DNA from: Macrostomum hystrix
Taxonomy: Eukaryota; Animalia; Platyhelminthes
Assembly (NCBI GenBank): GCA_950097015.1
Contig: CATNEN010000005.1
Span: forward strand, 4,464,001-4,528,000
DNA length: 64,000 bases
Direction: 5' to 3'
A program made the position numbers and the translations under genes. Shown one piece after another: positions 59,553-64,000 of this stretch (its first letter is position 1; each line of letters starts with the position of its first letter). The notes beneath the pieces were generated by a model. That model saw nothing but the letters and a program-made list of their open reading frames with translations. It had not been told where the DNA came from and did not search any database.

Positions 59553-60549
59553 TATAAGATTTTATTCTAGATTTCAGACTTTGTTTAGAAATGTCTTGGC
59601 TGAAAGAATTGTAGCGAGGGAATATATAACGTTAAATTTACAACAAATAATCTAAATTAAGACTTAAACTCAAAGTCACAGACAGTAAACTGCGGCGAAT
59701 ATAAGTAGTTTTAGTGGAAATTGAATAAACGAACAACATATTTTTTAAACATTACAAAACACCACATAAAAATGTATATTTAAATGAAAAAAATTCCCCA
59801 TTTGGCACATTTGGAAGCAATAAAAATATAAATACGCATTAAAAGGTAGTAAAAACTCTTTCAGCACTACTTGCTGCCAATAATTCAGTAGTATAAGTAG
59901 ACACAAAAATGGAGCAATGAAAAATGCGCAAAACGATTAAAACTTGATCCGGCAAAAACAGAGACTAGAAGAAAATTTGACACCAGAAAAGAAGAGAAAT
60001 TTTGTACATTTTTTCAATCTAACGTAGATATTAAAGCTAGGATATAGACATTATTCCCAAGGGAAATCTTGGGCCATTTATCAGTTTCATCCGAACTCTA
60101 ATTAAAGAAATAAATTAGCATAACTCATCTGCACTTCTTATAGTTTGTTTTAGATCGCGACAAACAGAAATTTTTTATCATAGTCACAAAAGTTGCAATA
60201 CTAATTTACGATTCCAAAATCAAATTTAGTTCAGCGGAGGAAAAAAAACGTTAAATAATTATCAGAACTTTGTCCGTTTCTGAGAGTAGCATATTGTTAC
60301 CATAGCAACTTCGATTTAACATTTATTTTTATTTTTTAATTTGTTTTTTTTCAGAGACAAAATAATTTATTACTAATAATATCGGTTTATACAAAAATAC
60401 TAATTTGCGTAAAAATTACCGAACTGATTAGCTAGAAAACATGCTTTCTTAGATGTTTAGATGTTTAGAATTATCTAGAGAGTAGATAATTAACATATCT
60501 TCTTTCATTTTAAGCGTCGAAACCGTCAGTTGACTAGACAGAAAGCTAA

Positions 60550-60730
60550 TTAGGGTGAGACAGAGGGTGAGATTATGTATGAGACAGGGTGAGATAGTAG
60601 ATGAGAAAGAGGGATGAGATAATGGGTGAGATAATGGGTGAGATTAGGGGTGAGACAGGGGGTGAGATAGTGGGTGAGACAAAGGGTGAGATTATGCGAC
60701 ACAGGGGTGAGACAGAGCGAGATGCGGATG
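60550..60730. repeat. Degenerate GGGTGAGAT/GAGAC purine-rich repeat
   Basis: Direct reading; just 3' of the syntrophin stop codon. Confidence 0.7.
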
Positions 60731-60779
60731 AGAACAGCAGTTAAACTTGCTCATCAGACACAGGACAACAGTGTTATGA

Positions 60780-61163
60780 TCACTGCCGAGGCGGCTCCGT
60801 TTGACTAGCCGCGAGTCTAGCCGAAAATGCCGGATCAACGGCAGCCAGCTTGCTAGACAAGAATGCGTGAAGGACAATTAGCAACAACTGCAGATCCGGA
60901 GTTTGCACCACCCTGACAGTGGTGGGTGCCAGGTGTGCTGCACTAAGCGGCGACTCGCTAAAGTACAAATATAGCGTCTGATCCCGATCGTCTGAGGTCC
61001 GTCTCAAATTGGAGAAACTGTGCGACCAGCTCAGCTGTCGCCTCCCGGGTCTAGTCGAAACTGAGTCAACAAAAGTGGCAGTTTTTCGGCTCAAATCGCT
61101 GTTAAATTGAACGCCATTGTTCAGATCGAAGGTTAACGTGCCGCTGACTTCCTCGCATGTCAC
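60780..61163 (-). CDS. SNTG1: Gamma-syntrophin exon 3 (SU domain)
   Basis: SWSHSFSNLRRTSDD...LYLYF...LLIVLHAFLSSKLAAVDPAF resembles the gamma-syntrophin C-terminus. Acceptor ATTTTGAAG, phase 0. SNTG1 vs SNTG2 not resolvable. Confidence 0.85.
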   Translation of the reverse strand: MTCEEVSGTLTFDLNNGVQFNSDLSRKTATFVDSVSTRPGRRQLSWSHSFSNLRRTSDDRDQTLYLYFSESPLSAAHLAPTTVRVVQTPDLQLLLIVLHAFLSSKLAAVDPAFSARLAASQTEPPRQ

Positions 61164-61499
61164 CTTCAAAATTATGCGAAAATGTGTCATATTTGGTTTC
61201 TAGGAAAATCGCGAAATACAATGCACGGTTTCTTGGAAAGGCTTTAAGTGTAATGGGTCCGTCTGATTATTTGGTATAAAAATACTTAAATGAATATGAA
61301 CTTAATATCTTGGAAATCCAGAACTTGAATATTGTTAATTCTTAGAAAATTAAAAACAATATATTTTAAACTTTTTGGAAAATCTAGAACCAAAATATTT
61401 TGATTTCTTAGATAGCCAAGTAAAAAAAATTTCCTGGAAAAAAATCTAGAAAATTTTTTATGTACAAAAATCTTTTTTGCAAAATCTAGAATCGGATTT

Positions 61500-61760
61500 T
61501 TTTCTTTTGTTAATCCGAATTGTTTATTTCTTGGAAAATCTTGAGCAGGAATTGTATTCTTGGAAAATCGAAAGCAGAGATTGTATATTTCTTGGAAAAT
61601 ATAATGCAGGAATTGTATATTTCTTAGAAAATCTAGAGCAGAAATTGTATATCTCTTGGAAAATCTAGAACCGGAATTGTATATTTCCTGGAAATTCTAA
61701 AGCAGAATTTTAATATTTCTTGGAAAATCAAGACCTATTATTCATTTTATGGGAAACTCT
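61500..61760. repeat. ~33-bp degenerate repeat (TATATTTCTTGGAAAATCTAGAGCAGAAATTG)
   Basis: Direct reading; syntrophin intron 2. Confidence 0.75.
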
Positions 61761-61814
61761 AGAACTGGGGATAATTGATTCCTAGTAAAGGGGCAAATCT
61801 AGACGCAAAGCTAT

Positions 61815-61885
61815 TGGTCCAGTGATTAGAGCATACTGACATCTGACCCAGAGGTCCAGCGTTCGAATCGCAGCCAATGAGACAG
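61815..61885 (+). mobile_element. Degenerate tRNA-like SINE head
   Basis: TGGTCCAGTGATTAGAGCA...GAGGTCCAGCGTTCGAATCGCAGC has A/B-box-like spacing but does not fold as a canonical tRNA by eye. Confidence 0.4.
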
Positions 61886-61962
61886 ATTTTATCCCTAAGC
61901 AAGAAACTTTATTTTCTAGTGCAATCCTTGAGTCCAACATCATGTTTCCTTCTTAAACAAAC

Positions 61963-62718
61963 CTTAAACACAACAGGCGCTCCTCGTCTGGCCCTAGAAG
62001 TGAGCGCTTCAGCGGTCGCTCTGAACCAGCATCGCTCCAGACGCTCCAGATCGTCGCCACTTGCCGCGCTCATGTAGAACGCCTCGCCTCCGCCCCCGGC
62101 GTGCAGGAAGAAGGCGTTGTCGCGCCTATCAAGCTGCTCTCGCGGCGGCAGCACCCGAATGACGCACTTGTACAGCTTCTCCTTCAAGGAATAACTGAGC
62201 CAATCGTCGGCAAGCACCGGCGGCAGCTCAAATAGTAATAGATCTTCCCCACGCAATGCCAGAAACACATCCTGCCATAGGCGACTGCGCAGAGGCGATT
62301 CGTGCAGCGTCAGGCCGAACCAACCGGTGTAGTGCACCGGCATCGACGAACCGGAATGCTGAGCAATCGAATGAGCATTCAGTCTGGCAGCTTGAGCATC
62401 AGATAGCTGTCTAATATTGGCGCGAATCGCTGCGTGCCATTGCTCAGCTGAGTAGTCACCAGAATTTGTGGTCGATTGAAAACGCAAACAACCGGTTGAG
62501 TGTCCGCTCAGTGCGACAACTTCCAGACAGTCGGGCGGGCGCGGCTTGTCAGTGCCGGCTGCGTGACGACGCAGCCTGGCAAATAGCAGCGGGACTGTCA
62601 TCAGGTTGGCCCAGCTGATTTTTGTCGACGTTGTAGACGACGCTGGAATGTCGCTCTGCTCTGTCGACGAGTTCGCCTGAGCTGATCGACGATTGTAGCT
62701 AAGTAGTAGTCTAGCAGC
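61963..62718 (-). CDS. SNTG1: Gamma-syntrophin exon 2 (split PH and PH2 region)
   Basis: WANLMTVPL, LEVVALSG..TGCLRF, W...FLALRGEDLLLFELPPV. Acceptor CTTAAACAG, donor AAG|GTTTGT, phase 0-0. Confidence 0.88.
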
Positions 62719-63310
62719 CTGTTTAAGTAGTGTAGAAGGCATTTTATTTACGCCGATGCTAACTTTATATTTTTCACAACATATCGGCAGGAAATTACAA
62801 ATAATAACCAGATAAATATATTTTTTCGAAACATATCGGCTGTAGAACATAACTAGCAAGATTTTTGACAAAAACTATAGTAGTTCATCGTACAATAGTT
62901 CTTTTCATAAGCATAAAGTTTTCAGTACGATAAAAACAAATCTGTGTAAAAAATCGAAACTTTTTCAAAACATATCGGTTAATGAAAACAAATTCAATAC
63001 TTTAATATCGCCCGTTGTCGATAAACATTGGCGTGACTAATAAAAGCTAAAGACAAAAATATTCTAAAAGTTGTCTAGATATATATATATTTCGATACAT
63101 ATCGGCGAATGAAAACACTTTAGCAATGAATCACAAATTCAATACTTTATTATTATCCGTTTTATAAAAATATTGTGCGATCAAAGATTATATAGAAAAT
63201 ATAATATCTATGGGCGTGACTAATAAAAGCTTTTTTAAAAAAAAATTATCATTATTTCGTAATTAACAAAATATCAAAGTCTTTTGTTTTTCGATACATA
63301 TCGGATTTAC

Positions 63311-63805
63311 CTGTCTGTAGTGTTTAACCAGCAGAGTAACCTGTTGACCAGCATTTCGCAGCCTAGCCACAGCCTCAGTGTGGCTAGCTCCATCAACGCA
63401 GGCCTGGTCTATGCGTAGAATAGCGTCGCCAACAAACAAAGGCGGCGATCGCTTTTTTCCTTCTCCGCTGCCATCGCCGGCACGGTCGCCAAGCTGCAGT
63501 CGAGACACCAGAATTGGTAGGCCGCATTCGGAACCGCCGCGAATGCTGAAGCCGAAACTGCCGCGATGATTGCGACAGAGCGACAGCTCGCGAACCAGCG
63601 ACAGACCGGAACGATCGAACTGATTCGTATCCGCTGTAGCGGCAATGCTGGAGTCCCACACGGCGATGGATTCTTGAACTGTGAGACTTGTTGGCGTCAG
63701 GACCAGGCGTACAGCCAGTTCTAGACCGCGAACAATGTCATCTGATTCAACTAGGTGGGGCTCGCCAGAGATTAAAGTACAGGGCCCAGTTAAAGACAAG
63801 GCCAT
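63311..63805 (-). CDS. SNTG1: Gamma-syntrophin exon 1 (PDZ domain); start at ATG 63805 or an upstream exon outside the window
   Basis: GSFGFSIRGGSECGLPILVS...LFVGDAILRI...HTEAVARLRNAGQQVTLLV is a syntrophin-type PDZ. Donor CAG|GTAAAT at 63310. Confidence 0.88.
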
Positions 63806-63859
63806 CTGGATGACCACTGCTGGATTTAGAACCGGTTGCTAGGGCATATTGAACTTTTT

Positions 63860-64000
63860 CAGAGGATTTTAGAGACTGGGATTATCACTTTAAGGATTAA
63901 GGAGACTGGGATTATCACTTTGAGGATTAAGGAGACTGGGATTATCACTTTAAGGATTAATGAGACTAGGATCTTCAGTTTAAGGATTAATGAGACTGGG
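63860..64000. repeat. 30-bp repeat (GAGACTGGGATTATCACTTTAAGGATTAAG), truncated by the window end
   Basis: Direct reading. Confidence 0.85.

Noticed and set aside
18278-61885. tRNA genes at 18278, 23840, 39163, 13360 and 61815
   Set aside because: Only A/B-box-like heads attached to SINE bodies or decayed; no convincing cloverleaf by eye. tRNAscan-SE would settle it.
12620-63659. Antisense or alternate-frame ORFs overlapping real exons (e.g. 5249-5848, 6275-6634, 14373-14675, 15069-15512, 55870-56118, 63378-63659)
   Set aside because: Shadows of GC-richer coding sequence with no recognisable protein features.

Overview
AT-rich eukaryotic (invertebrate animal) genomic DNA with five spliced protein-coding genes and roughly half of the window in tandem repeats. 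The + strand carries the last exon of a TBC1D12/14-like Rab-GAP (3-356). The - strand carries four genes. (1) A two-exon, ~817-aa multi-pass membrane protein with no family I recognise (7185-5554 + 4407-3586). (2) An eight-exon nephrin/SYG-2/sns-type gene (43246-9596; 3543 nt CDS, 1180 aa: signal peptide, 8 Ig domains, FN3, TM, short tail). (3) A four-exon mitochondrial-type methionyl-tRNA synthetase (59552-55761; 535 aa). (4) A three-exon gamma-syntrophin (63805-60780; ~544 aa). All junctions were rebuilt by hand from GT/AG signals and join in frame. Between and within genes are about 20 different minisatellite arrays, two tRNA-derived SINE families (one CORE-type), MITE-like elements and two IS630/Tc1-type transposon remnants. 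The most unusual structures are a ~5.4-kb inverted pair of satellite arms, a satellite that appears to move with a fixed 36-nt leader, a perfect 80-copy G-quadruplex-pattern array beside nephrin exon 1, and splice-acceptor-like sites just upstream of start codons. No CRISPR, rRNA or intact tRNA genes were seen. Most long ORFs in the supplied track are repeat artefacts. No database searches were run.
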